53,154 nucleotides of DNA from contig JALDZX010000090.1 in assembly GCA_022813865.1 (NCBI GenBank), positions 1-53,154 on the forward strand, given 5' to 3'. The notes under the pieces are model-generated. The model saw only the letters and a list, made by a program, of their open reading frames with translations. It did not search any database and had not been told where the DNA came from. This document shows positions 24,301-36,548 of this stretch, in pieces (position 1 is the stretch's first letter; the number at the start of each line of letters is the position of its first letter). This DNA is from Xylographa opegraphella (lineage: Eukaryota). Position numbers and translations under genes: made by a program.

Positions 24301-24420
24301 GCAGTTCCAGAACTGTAGATACTGTTCTCCTACTAGGAGGACCTCAGGCTACTACTCGACGCTTGAAGAAATCTGTAAGTGTAAGGTATCTCTCGGTCTC
24401 ATAATCCATGATAAACACAG
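21400..24420 (-). pseudogene. Possible decayed protein-coding sequence of unknown family
   Basis: 3-kb interval without a long ORF, but with protein-like minus-strand runs broken by stops (e.g. SVMKSIMNGVL*IGKDISDDLK; AEFVSYEGELPAGLSRE; LLTWEVLQNILREECPRHYKWLHD). Confidence 0.3.
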
Positions 24421-24673
24421 TCTGGCAATACTATGAGGAATCTGGCAGGACCTGTTATTACGCCTGTGTTATGGAGCTCGAGACTTCCATTGGCGCAATC
24501 ATTCAATAGTTTTATGCCCACCCACTCAGAGTTGAAGCTTTGCGGGGAGTGTCAACAGCACGTCTATCGCCGTAGCAACCAAGTTTTACTAATACAAGCT
24601 CTAGAATTATCAAGCTTTCAATTTTAACGGTCGACTTCCTTCTGAAGCTTCCCACTACGTTGACGGATCAGGC

Positions 24674-27600
24674 ATGGATACCGAGCAAGAGCCCACACAG
24701 CCTGCCACGCAGCCGATATTCGATCGCCGCCGTGGAGGTGAAAGCCCTTTCAGTGTAGAGGACGAGGCTGATATCATATGTATACTGCAACCGGTCAACC
24801 CCCCAGCTTGCGAGGTTATGGCCCTTGTGGCAAAAGTTACACCACAGCACATTCTACAAAGTGAGGATGTCGAACGAAAAGACCAAGACAGGTTAGAGTA
24901 CGACACTCTTGACGACAATGAGCCGAAACACACACCAGACGACCAAATCAGTGCGAACAAAGATATCGCTCTTCGAATATCTTCCCAAGTCAAAGATGTT
25001 TGCATGGGGTTCGTATTTGGTCGTGATCCTACGAAGTGTGATATCATGATCGATCTTCCTCCACCTTACGAGAAAAGGAAAGTTAGCGGAATGCATTTCC
25101 GGATCTTCATAAACAAGGAAGGCATCATTATGCTCGAAGATACCTCCACCAATGGAACACTTATCGATGGTAAGCTACTTAAGTACGACGCAAAAACTCC
25201 TAATATTCGGCCGATGCATATGATCGCCAGGGGGTCTACTATTGAGATATTCTTAAGTTCTATGAGCTCCACAATCAAATTCAATGTCACCACTCCAAAT
25301 CGTGACCTTGGAGCGGAGAAATACGAATGTCGACTGCGTGACTACCTTACATACATAGCAGAAATGAATTATCGAGCAACTGCTGGACCGCAAGCACTTG
25401 CAGCACGACCTCCACTACCATTGCCATTTGTAAGCAAGCCCACGATGCGTATGCGAGGTATTACTGATTGTAATAGACTCAATTCAACAGCCACCACAGT
25501 ACACCATTTCAAGGGAACGGTGTAAGCATGTTAACTGCCGGAAGTACGCCCTTCAATTATGGCGCAAAATGGAACGGTGGCGAGAAGTTCAACGTAGTTG
25601 ACCACATCGGAAAGGGAGCTTTCGCCGATGTCTTCAAATTCGCTACAAAGAGAGAGGGCAAGGTGTTCGCCGTGAAACAGATAGAGAAACGGATGTTCAT
25701 GAAGGATGGGATCCTCGACCACAAGATCCACAATGAGCTCAGAATTATGAAGATCCTAAATCACGTTAGTGTGTGACGCCGAATGAAAGATCAATGCTGA
25801 CACTCGATTGCAGCCACACATCGTTGAGTATGTTGAATACGAGGAGCGGGAGAAATACCTTTTCATCGTAATGGAATACATTCCTCACGGAGATCTTTTG
25901 AGATATCTAGGCAACTACGGCAAAATGTATGAGCCACAATGCCAATCTATCACCCGTCAACTGTGCCACGCATTAAGATATCTTCACAATTGTCGCATCA
26001 CGCATCGAGATATCAAGCCAGACAATATTCTCATCGTAAGCCTTGAACCCTTTGTGGTAAAGCTTTCGGACTTTGGCCTCTCCAAGGTCATCACCCATGA
26101 TGAAACCTTTCTGAAAACCTTCTGTGGCACTCTTCTGTATTGTGCACCTGAGGTCTACCCAGAATACGAACGATACAGAAAGGGACTCACCCTTAAGCGG
26201 ATTCGACATAATGACTCGTAAGTAAAAATTCTGGACAGTATCGACAGATCACTAACGATCATACAGACCTCCTAAGACATCTCCATACAGCTCAGCCGTT
26301 GATATCTGGTCCTTTGCCGCAGTGTTATTCCATCTACTTTGCGAGCAAGCCCCATATAAGGGCTCTGCAGAGCATAGGGGAGCCTTGATGCTAAGAAACA
26401 TCATGGAAGTCCCTCTCGACGTCTCACCGCTTCATGTCAGCGGAGTCAGCGCTCTTGGTATCACTTTTCTACTGCAGCTACTTCGGATTGATCCTTTGGA
26501 ACGCCCAAGCGCGGCGGAGTGCCTCCGCCATCCATGGATCTCGTATATCGCGGACGTGGTTGACATCGCAGTAAACGAAGACCAAGCACCAGCAGGTCTC
26601 ACAGTCATTCAAGAGGAAGTTGAGGAGGATCAATTGGATGCGTCACAGCTGAGCATTCATGACAATAACGAATTGGCACGAGATGAATGTTCCGATTCTG
26701 AAGGAGAAGTTTCTGACGTCGATGAGATTGATTACACGCGCTTGTCCAAGCGCCAGAGACTAGCTGGCTTTCCGGTCGACGCTCAACTTTCACTGAGAGC
26801 GTTCGCGCATCCGTCTCTGCCTATGACTGACCAAATTTACGCCATGAACGCTGAACCGTCTCCGGCGAATCGATTGTTTGGTGAAATAGGGTCATCGGAG
26901 TTACACAGCTCTGGTGTACTCAGTCATGGAGCCAACGTAGCTCTCGAGCTTCACTATCGTGATCATCGTGACGGGGAGGGAAGCTATGACCACGAAGACG
27001 CTAGTGAAGCTGATAGCGAGCTCGGTCGACCTGTTGTTCCCCCACACCCAAATGCGTTCCCACATCCGTATTTCGGCCTTCCTGTCGGGTCTGCTCCAAG
27101 TCTTATGGGAACAGAAGGGTTGATACGCCAGCTCAACATGGCCTCGCCGGAATCTGCAGCCTCAACCTCGCTGACTCCACGAACCCCGCGCACTCCGGTT
27201 AGTCGTCGTGATTCTGCAGCTTCGAGCTCTGCTGTCACAGGATCGAAAAGGGCGAGCCAGCTACTTCACTCAGAGAACAGCGAGATCACACCAAAACGTC
27301 CTGGGGTGCTCTCTCCAGAATCGCCGAGACCATGGATCGATGGTAGTGGCGATTTGAGTACACATAGCCCTAGCTACGAGCCAAGCGTGTGTGACAGAGA
27401 AATTATCGAAACAGACGAACATCGTACCTCTGGTTCCACAACAGCCAACGCCAATAGAGACACGTCTCCTCCAAGTAATAGTTACGCAATCAAGCATTCT
27501 ATGGACGCGTCAGACGTAGGAACACGAACCACGTCCTCATCAGCAAACAACACGCAAACTGGCGTACTTTCGGCGACCACCCATCGAGATCGTAGCGATA

Positions 27601-28301
27601 TTCTCGATACATCCGTTTCCATTGTGTCGGAACAAAAGAATCGTGCTACAGCAAGTATCTACAACCCGACTCGTCAAGCTCCTGGCGCTACAGTTGCTGC
27701 TCCCACCAATGCAGGGATGACAGCTTGTTCCTTTAATACCGTCAACTGCCACCCACATCCATCCATGTTAGGGCCTGCTACTTGTCTAGGAAAGCTTGTC
27801 TCTTTGCCGGGCTCTATCCTCGAAGTGTCGCTCTATCTTAATAAGCGGCATACATCTTATGGTCGCGATCCAGAGTCCACCTATGTGTACCCAGACCCTA
27901 TGGATACGCGCATTCCGAAATCAGCTTTGGACATTGTCTTCTGGCGCTCCGGTATTGAACGTGATCTCGAAATGGGGGCTGAGCTGATCAAGATTCCTGA
28001 CATATCTGCGCTCATCTCTACACGTTGCAACAGGTGGATTAAAGTCAATGATGTGAAATTGTCCAAAGCGGAAGGAGATGGTTGGTTGTATGGTATACTC
28101 AAGCACGGCGACATTGTAACGATCTTCGAAGGGCCTTCAGGATACTTGAAGCTCCGCGCCGAATTTTACCATGGATTGAGTCAAGTACCGCGGGGCAACG
28201 GAGAATACTTTCATGTCGAGAAAGAGGTCGAAAAGTTCATGGCTGTCATGTCCAGACGTGGCAGTCCAGCCAATTCCGAGAAGGCGGCTGTGACATTCTG
28301 A
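24674..28301 (+). CDS. RAD53: Checkpoint Ser/Thr kinase, FHA-kinase-(FHA-like) architecture (Rad53/Cds1/Chk2 family), 4 exons
   Basis: Introns 25430-25476, 25765-25813 and 26218-26266. N-terminal TQ motifs, FHA (FGRD..VSGMHF..DTSTNGT), kinase motifs GKGAFA, AVK, HRDIKPDNIL, DFG and TFCGTLLYCAPE, and a C-terminal FHA-like region (YGRDP..DTRIPK). Confidence 0.88.
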
Positions 28302-29297
28302 ACGAGAAGACTCTCCATGGAAGGCCTGATGGGCAAATTTCATGAGAAGAAGATATTCTCACGTCTGAGTGATAGATTGTGATTCCGTAACCTTCTGCGG
28401 TAACTGTTCCACAGTGTCCGAATTGTTTTGCATTCTTGTTTAAGCGAAGACGCTGGCGGAGACTTGAGGGTCATTAGAGCGCTCAGCACTTGAGTCTCCA
28501 GACTCGACTGTACTGCACGCATATCTATGATCAGCTCTTCTCAATGCGGCAAGCGTGGCTATTGCTAGACTACTTAACACTACACAGCCTATGGGAAGCC
28601 TGCAGGCTTGAAAAGCTTCGTCACTGTACTTAAGATAACTTTGGTGATGTATGGTTTTTATGGAGGAGCTGCTGTTCTGAAGAGCAGCCGATATTCCAAA
28701 GGGTGGATTTTCGGTTGATTGGATCATTTCTGAGGCTATCGGATTCGCCTCTGAGCAGTGTGTATCTTAGTCTACTTTTGAAACACCTTATGTTATAGTT
28801 TGAGGACAAATCCCAAGATTGAACATATTTAGCTCAGATATAAAACGAGTGGATGCGTCACACACTATTCGACGTGGTATGTAGTCAGCACCAATTTGTA
28901 TGTGTACCATTGAAGCTTTGTCCGCCCATCAATTCTCGATAGCCCTCACCTTCAGACGTTTTACCTGTGACTAGACATGATAGGCCTCATGGACAGCTTT
29001 TGATACGGACCAGTGTTAATTGTGAGTCTACTAAGATAAAGAAGACGAGGGCGCCCGTGCCTGAGCTGCTGCGGCTCGTCCCGCAGGACGCTAGTGCCTT
29101 TCAGCAGGAACAATGAAACGTTGTCTTTGCCAATTGCGCTTGCTTGATTCAGCGAGACCTCAACTTGATCTGCAACGAATGCAGCTTTCTTGCAATGTGG
29201 ACACTAGTGTCCGGATTGATGCTCATTCCGAGCTCGCTTGGTTTACTCACGATATCCCCGTGGACCGGCTTTAACGGGCTTAGCCTTGAGTGTTGCT

Positions 29298-30546
29298 ATG
29301 CCCGCGCTGGAGGACGGGAAATCTACGATGAAATCACGACAATCGAGCCCACAACCCGAGCTCATACGCTTGAAAACCTGGCGAGTGGATGGCGATGCTG
29401 GTAGGCTACCAAGACTCTTTTACCCATTCAACCATTTGCATCATGTTTGAGCACTGCAACTTTTGTCTGGTTGGCAAATCAAGGCCGCGTGCTGAGATCG
29501 ATATAGAGCCTCCTAAACATCCTCCCTTTCAGGTCATCTCATCCCCTACCGAAATGCACGGTACCAATGGCTTTCATGCAGAGCGATCGACCATCAGCGA
29601 TGGATCCGAATCCACCTTGCTTATATCACATCCATCGTCAAAGACTACACGCCACGATGGTGCTACGCCTAGTAAACAGCTTCGACCAGGAATCTCGAGT
29701 CAATATGGTGCCTTATCGAGTCCCGATCTTAGCGGTTATCTAAGTGAACGCTCGAATCCGCCTACTCCCTCCAGTGATGATTGGTCTTCGGCCGTAGGAC
29801 GTGCTGCAAATAGTGGTAAATCTGGACGCGAGATCGAGAAACTGAACAATCAAAAAGCCATGCTGCAGAGAGATGTAAAGGCGCTTACAACTGCGAGAGA
29901 CGAGGCCGTTCGAGGAGGAGAGTTGGCCAGAACGCTCGTGGAATCATTACAAACCAAAAACGCAAACTTAACTTCAATATGCGAATCAAGCACTGTTGCT
30001 CTCTCGCGTAAAGATAGGAAGATTGAGGAGTTGAAGGCAGAGCTAAAAAGTGAACGAGAACGGCGTGAAACTGCAGTGCGGCAGCAGAAAGAGGTCGCCA
30101 GGGAAAGAGATGAGGTTGTGGTAGTATGCAAGCAAGAAGTATTGGAAGCCAAAGAAATGGCTCGCAAGACAGCTTGTCAATATGACGTTCTTTCCAGTTC
30201 CTTGCGCGGCCTTGACGCAGGCTTTCGCCGGCAGACAACGAAACTCGAGGGAGAAGTCAAGAGTCTCCAACAGCAGCAAGCCACTGCCATTGGGCGGCTC
30301 GATGAGCTCGTTCTCATTTCAACCCATCTGTCGCATGAGAACCATACAATCAGCAAGGCATATCAAGACGTGGTGGACCAATTCGAGCTGTACAAGAAGG
30401 AGAATGAGGAAGGCTTGCGGGAAATCAAAAAGCGGTCCGAGAAGTCTAATCTTGCCAACGAGGAGGCTCTGCAGGAGTTGTTAAGCGTTAAGGGTCAGAT
30501 GAAGCATATTATCAACGTCAAGAAGGATGTCAAGGGCGCAGAGTGA
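29298..30546 (+). CDS. Coiled-coil protein resembling filamentous-fungal She3-like proteins, 2 exons
   Basis: Inferred intron 29401-29506 (phase 1). Block WSSAVGRAANSGKSGREIEKL precedes a ~230-aa heptad region (LSRKDRKIEELKAEL). The start codon is inferred. Confidence 0.7.
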
Positions 30547-32063
30547 ATGGTTCGAGTCTCTGCTTGTACATTGTGCAGCTATAAATGATGGACACGAATC
30601 CTGATTCTACATAGCGGCGGCGTTGGAGTTGGATAGAGGGCACTAGGGTGGATGAAAAGACTGCCATACAGCGGCACGTATTCATATTTCTCTTTTGCGG
30701 TGCTTTCATTGCGGATCCTTATGCATTAGCTTCATTGCCTTTGTTAAGCTGCCCGCCAGAGATGCCGAAAGGCTCCTTTCCGGAATCGATTCATTCCAGA
30801 TTCTATGTGATGAACCGGTACGAAAAGGTTATGTCTAACAAGCGCAAAGGTTTCAGCTTTGTGCGATTCCGCAGAGCGGTTGCTTTGCTGCTGGAGCGTG
30901 TGGCCCGCATGCTTCGGACGAAGGCCACCTCAATCTTGACGCTCTCCTTTACATCTTTCATTGGGTGGTGCTGCGGCCACCCATTGGTGGCGAGCTCGTG
31001 AGCTGCCTGTCCATTGACGCCAGGAACTGGCTATGCAGATTCCGCCGTACCTGAGAGAAACCTCCGAAAAAGCTGCATCCGCATTTACAGAACGACACAG
31101 CATTTCCTCCTTCATGCACAACACATTCAATCTGAGCCTTACCCTGATAGTTAACCTTATGTCGCGAGCACGGTGCTGGAAATTTCCCAGTCAAGTCAAC
31201 ACAGACTGCTGTAGCTCATTACTGCCGTTGTGGTAATATATTCAACCTGCTTAATTTTTGGTAATGTGGGAGGTGGCTCTGAATTATGAGGTCGCTCCGA
31301 AATTCGAAGGGTTGTGGCCGTCCTCCATACCCTACCCTGCCACACTCACCTTCGACACGCACGCTCCGAAACCGAGAACACCATCACATGCCGAAAGGCT
31401 GGTCTATGTCCATATATATGACTCGGGCTCTGTGCTTCCGCCCTCCGTTTTCCACCTTGCACCTGCACGAACTGCATGTTTTTCGATACTATCGAGCTAC
31501 CTCATGACTCGTACTTGTGGATAGCACCATGTAACCAGCAGGGTAATCTTTCGATTGTCATATAACGCAAGTCTCTCTTGGTCATGCATTCGCTTGACTA
31601 GCCTAAGTTGATGCCACAGACAATCTGAACGACCTCAACAACACAAATACTAAAGAAAAACAATTCAATTGTTTGATGGTGCGTTTCCGCGGTTCCAAAA
31701 ACCACAAACGCGACCTTTCAACCCTTTCAACCCTGTAAGGTGCATGATCCAGTTTTCACGCTCGGGTGAATGCAGTATCTTCCTTACCACTCGTGAAGCA
31801 ATCACGTTCCTTCCGACTTCACTGACTTGTCTGTCCCCACAGAACTTGCCTTTTCGGGCAACTTGGACTCTCTGCTTCTGCGGGTGCCATCCTCTCCGTG
31901 ACGACAACGATCGTCAAGTGCATTCTCCGTCTTGGCCCTGGCAAGAGCTGCACATAAACATTGGCATTGGAAGATCCACGTTACTTTCTACACTTGAATT
32001 GAAGAGCCGTCATATCATATTCGTACAAAGCTACACACCGGAAATGCTTTGAATGACGACACC

Positions 32064-34972
32064 ATGGCCGAGTCTGCGGAACACTTTATCGACAGTCTAT
32101 ACACTTTCAATGCACCTGATGTAAGCAAGCCCCGACATCTTATAAAACTTTGTCTCACTGATTCTGTTGCAGGAACTGATTGAATCCTTTAAGTCAGCTC
32201 TCACATGCCACAATTGTTTATATATCTTCTGCTAACTCTGATACTACAGGGCAACAGAAGATAGCAACAAATGTCAAACGATAGAATACAAGGATGGCGT
32301 AAGTTCTCACGTGTTGACAATAACTGAAGAGTATGCTGACACTGAAGATCTGATATAGCAATTCCATCTCACCTGTCTGAGATCGGATAGTGATCAGATC
32401 CTGACGACGTTCCTCGTCATCTACAGCGGCTATGTTGAGACCGAGAGCCTTGTTCGCCCGGCCGATGCATTCGAGGTCAGCTTAGCTTCGTGTCTTCCCA
32501 CTACTGTGCCCGAAGAAGCTCATGGTCTGTCTCTTAGTTGCCGAAACTCAATCGGAGAAACGATACCGTCATATACGAGGACCCAGCGGCGATTTACGAG
32601 CAAGAGGATGCATATAGTGACGGAACAGGAGAGTCAGCACGAATAAGAAATACTATGGACGACGAAATGACTCTGATTAGCCACGAGAATATTACACGAG
32701 TCTATAAACACTCAGACTCTCTCGACATGAAGATTCTGAAACAACTTGAAGGCCTAACCAAATGCACGACTGAAGTGCATGATGAGAGAAAAGAGATTCT
32801 TGTGAAGGGCGATACGCTGGAGAATGTCGAAAAGATGTGCGCAAAGCTTAGCGTTGTTGATCAAGCCAACGTACGTTCAGTGCCAATCTGTGTGCACATT
32901 TCGCTGATACACTACCCGCAGTCACGTTTCACAACACAGAGACCTCACGACTTTTACAATATTGAGAATGAAGCAAAATTCAGATTCCATTTTTACCGAG
33001 TTGAAAAGCTCATTGACCGACACATCCAAGCAGATAATCCTGCTTTCTACTTCGAATATCTTGAACTTATGTTGGTGAAATACGTTGAGGGTGAATGGAA
33101 ACCACACACAGCTCCTAGAAACCTCATCGAAGCCCGAGAAACATCTGTTCATCCTTGGAATGACTACATTTATCCCGCGTTAGGCAACGAGGCAATCTCC
33201 GACATAGAGTTTGAGAATGACAGCGGCGCTGTACATGGCTACCTAGCACCTGATAAGGTTCTCTCGTTGACATCTTGGACCGAGAAAGTTCCTGTTCGTC
33301 CCGCAAATGCTTTCGAAGCTGTCCCAGCTGGAGATGTTTCGAGTTCAGAAGTGACACCAATGGTACCTCCGTCGCGAAAGAACTATGTGAAATCGAAGAG
33401 AGTGGTAAAAGGACAGCCAGATGTGGCACTCGAGAACTTTATGATTGGGTTTGAACCGCTACCGGAGCCTCCGCCAATTGAACCTCCACATATGCCCATG
33501 GTAGCAGATGTGAGAGATGAACGCACCACGGGTTCACCAAACATTGCATCAAGTCCGAAAGAGGCTATCCCAAAGGCTATTACGTACTGCAAGCAAGGCT
33601 CATTGATCGACCATCCCGAGCCCATCACTTATGTTTCCGCGAAGGCTAGCCAAGCGGATTCAATACCATACAGGGCCAATGCGCAGTATGAGATTAACCA
33701 GAAAGATAGAGATGTTTTGAGAGATCACACTAACTTTGTCGAACTTCGAGCTTCCAAAACCGAGAAATTACAAGAGACGTCTGAAGCTCAAACCCGAAAC
33801 TACAGGCGAGCTCATAATCTAAAGGCTTCCAAGACTACAGTGCCAATTTCCATGGGCCCCTCTCTTGCTAGTCGAATCACAGAAGCAATGTCTACAATAC
33901 TTGAAATGGCTAGGACAGGTTATGGACGATTGAAGTTCGATGTCGCCTTAGGCTGCATTTACGTCAAAGGAACCCATCTGGCAAGAGAAATCCAGACTGG
34001 CCCTTTCGCGGAAGCTGATTGGCCGGTAGCTTTTCAAACCAGGTCTGGTAGCGGCCGAGCTCAGACACTATTTTCCAGCACGTGAGTGATCTATGACCCG
34101 CAGTAAAGATAGATGGTATGCTTACATTATGTAGACTAACCACGTCCTGGGTCGATGCCAACTTTCTCATCGATCTGAAACTAAAGGACAACACGAGGGT
34201 GTTCTCGAAAGCTCCTGCTGAAGTTCGTGTGACATATTTAGTCAAATGCGTGAACAAGCACCAAAACAATAATATTGTAATCGAGATTGAGCCAGACGGA
34301 AAGCATGAGTATTATCATTCGCCACGAACGATAGGTTCTGTCAACTGCTTCTTCCCGAAGCGCGTCTGGGATACTGCCTTTGGCGTCACGGAGTTCTCAG
34401 TGGCTACCATCGACCCCCAGGATCCGATCAAAGCCCTCGTTGATAACTTCTGGGTACGTAGTGGTCCACGCATTACACTCGGAGGGCAGATCCCGGGTCG
34501 AGAAATAGGCATCGCAAGTATACAAGTGCGCCGGCAGACCTCTCATCAAAGTACCGCCAATCCAGATCTATTCCTGCGTCTCACCGAAGTTCAAGATCTG
34601 ATTGTTCAACAACATTCACCTCAGTATTTCCGTGCTTATGCGGCACTGAAAGACCAGATGATTGACGACGATAATCGTGTTTGGTGGGAAGCTTCCATTT
34701 CGTCAAAGGTTGCGGACAACACCTTGCTAGAGAACCACCATTTGGAGCTTGGTGAGATTGCGCAATGGGCGTCGGACGAGATCATCGGAATGTCTATCGT
34801 CGAAGACATGTTCCAGTTAGCAGAACAAGTCGTGACCAGAATCGACAGTGTGGGCTATGGTACAAAGAGTTTCTCGGCTCCTCAGCAACCTGCTGGGACT
34901 GCGAGATCGGCAACGAAGAGCACTGTGACAGGTAAGAAGGACAGGTTCGCAGATGTGTGGGCCGAATGGTAA
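32064..34972 (+). CDS. Fungal hypothetical protein with possible degenerate KH-like domain, 7 exons
   Basis: Introns 32121-32172, 32193-32249, 32299-32358, 32476-32537, 32871-32921 and 34082-34134 all have GT..AG ends and consistent phases. They link small 5' exons to ORFs 32538 and 34118. Confidence 0.75.
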
Positions 34973-36548
34973 GGATGTTGGAGCTTTCTCTCGCCGGCCG
35001 GTGTTTCGTGAAGGGCTAAAGTTAGTGCTTGTCCATAGTTGCTCCGAAGAGTGTGGATGAGCTTAACGGAATTAATTGCTACCTCAAAGAGGCTACATAC
35101 TTCTAATTTAGTAATTTTTCCGCCCATCATGTTGCAGCATATACCGCGCTATCAATGTCGAGGGATCATCGAGAGTTCCTCAGAGCTCTTATTGAGGCAT
35201 CACGATGAGCCATTGCTGTGAAAGAGGGCACAGTTCAAGCAGCCCGTAGTAGTTGGATACTCTCAATCCTAGTATGTCCTCCGGTCGGATTAGAGGATGT
35301 CAAATCAGGACTGGCATTGAGCCAAAAAATGTTCGTCCCTGGGGCCACTCGACCGCGTCGCTTCAGGCATGGTGCAGGACTCAAAGCGGATTACACCACG
35401 TCCTAGGACCTAAGCAAGCACGGCATCTCTACCGCGTGAGAAGATGCTGTATGCATTTGAAGTCATGCTGTGCGCTTACACGTGCCCCCACATCTGCTTC
35501 TTGCGGATTTTCTCCCTTCTTGCGGTTATTGCTCCGCGTGTCCGCATTGTTCTCCTTAGATATCTTTCCTTCGAGGGCATGTCCTTAGGCAGCGACTGAC
35601 TTCCACTGTTGCGACTCATGTGTTCCGCCTAAGCCACAAGGGGTGCCAGCTTGGGTGGGGCAGGTGACATTGGAGTTATTTGCCAAAGGGTGCAAGCGTG
35701 GCGCGAGTACTTACTCGTAGGTTTGTTACCGTGATTGGTTTGTACCTGTTAGGTGTGTATGATGCTCAATAGCGCCGTTACTGTTCACTACCAGGCCGCA
35801 GTCCCCAATTTGTGGGGGCAGGATCTACGAGTCCAGCGTATCTACAACTTCAAAACCCAAACGAAAGTATCATTAACCCTATTCCTGGCCATGTCCTGAA
35901 AGCTGACCCGGCGCACCTGACGCCGTCCTGCTCTCTGCCTCCTTACCACCATACAAAGAGCCGACAAGGAGCCGACAACCTTCCAGCCTCCAAAGCACAA
36001 CTACCGCCGACACCACCTCACCAAAAGCTTTCTCAACTTCGCGTCAGACCACTCGCAGCCGTCTCGTATCGCTCATCCGTATCGTCTCCTCCCTTAATCC
36101 ACCAGCTCCTCACTGCTCACTTTGCCCGCCCCAACCCTCAAGCCCAACTCCCCGATGCCCCAGGCCAACCACTCGCATTCGCCGCTTCGCGTCGGCAATC
36201 GTGAAGAACTTGTCGTTCTCCACTCATTCCAAGGTTAAGGGGACGGAAGGACCGGGTCTGGGGCAGTACAAGGAGATTAACGCGGGGAAGGAGTAGAGTC
36301 AGGGGTATGAGTCAGTGGACTCGCTGCTACTTCACTAGCTTGGGTATGGCATTAGTGATCAAACGGGAGAACAGAGCTTGGACGGCCTTCGACGGGAGGA
36401 ATCGGATATGTGATACGAGTTAAGGTCCATTTGGTTGAATGGCTATACCGTCTATTCTCGTATACTATCTAAGGCCGCTGGCCTATAATATACCAAGATG
36501 TGTGGTCTGCAGAAAATGAGCAAACTAAAGAGGTTTATGCTCTTCACT

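Noticed and set aside
29050..29190. TPP-riboswitch-like text (CTGAG ... AACTTGATCTGCAACGAATGCAGC)
   Set aside because: It lacks the GCG(A/T)A(A/G)G 3' strand and the CTGAGA..ATACC element, is not in an intron, and the downstream gene is unrelated to thiamine.
30549..30560. GGTTCGAGTC B-box / tRNA T-arm-like sequence
   Set aside because: It sits immediately after a stop codon and no cloverleaf or A-box can be built.
35874..35881. TAACCCTA, resembling a telomerase RNA template
   Set aside because: An 8-nt match is expected about once or twice by chance in this window, and I could not identify a pseudoknot, a P6.1 hairpin or a 3' processing signal.
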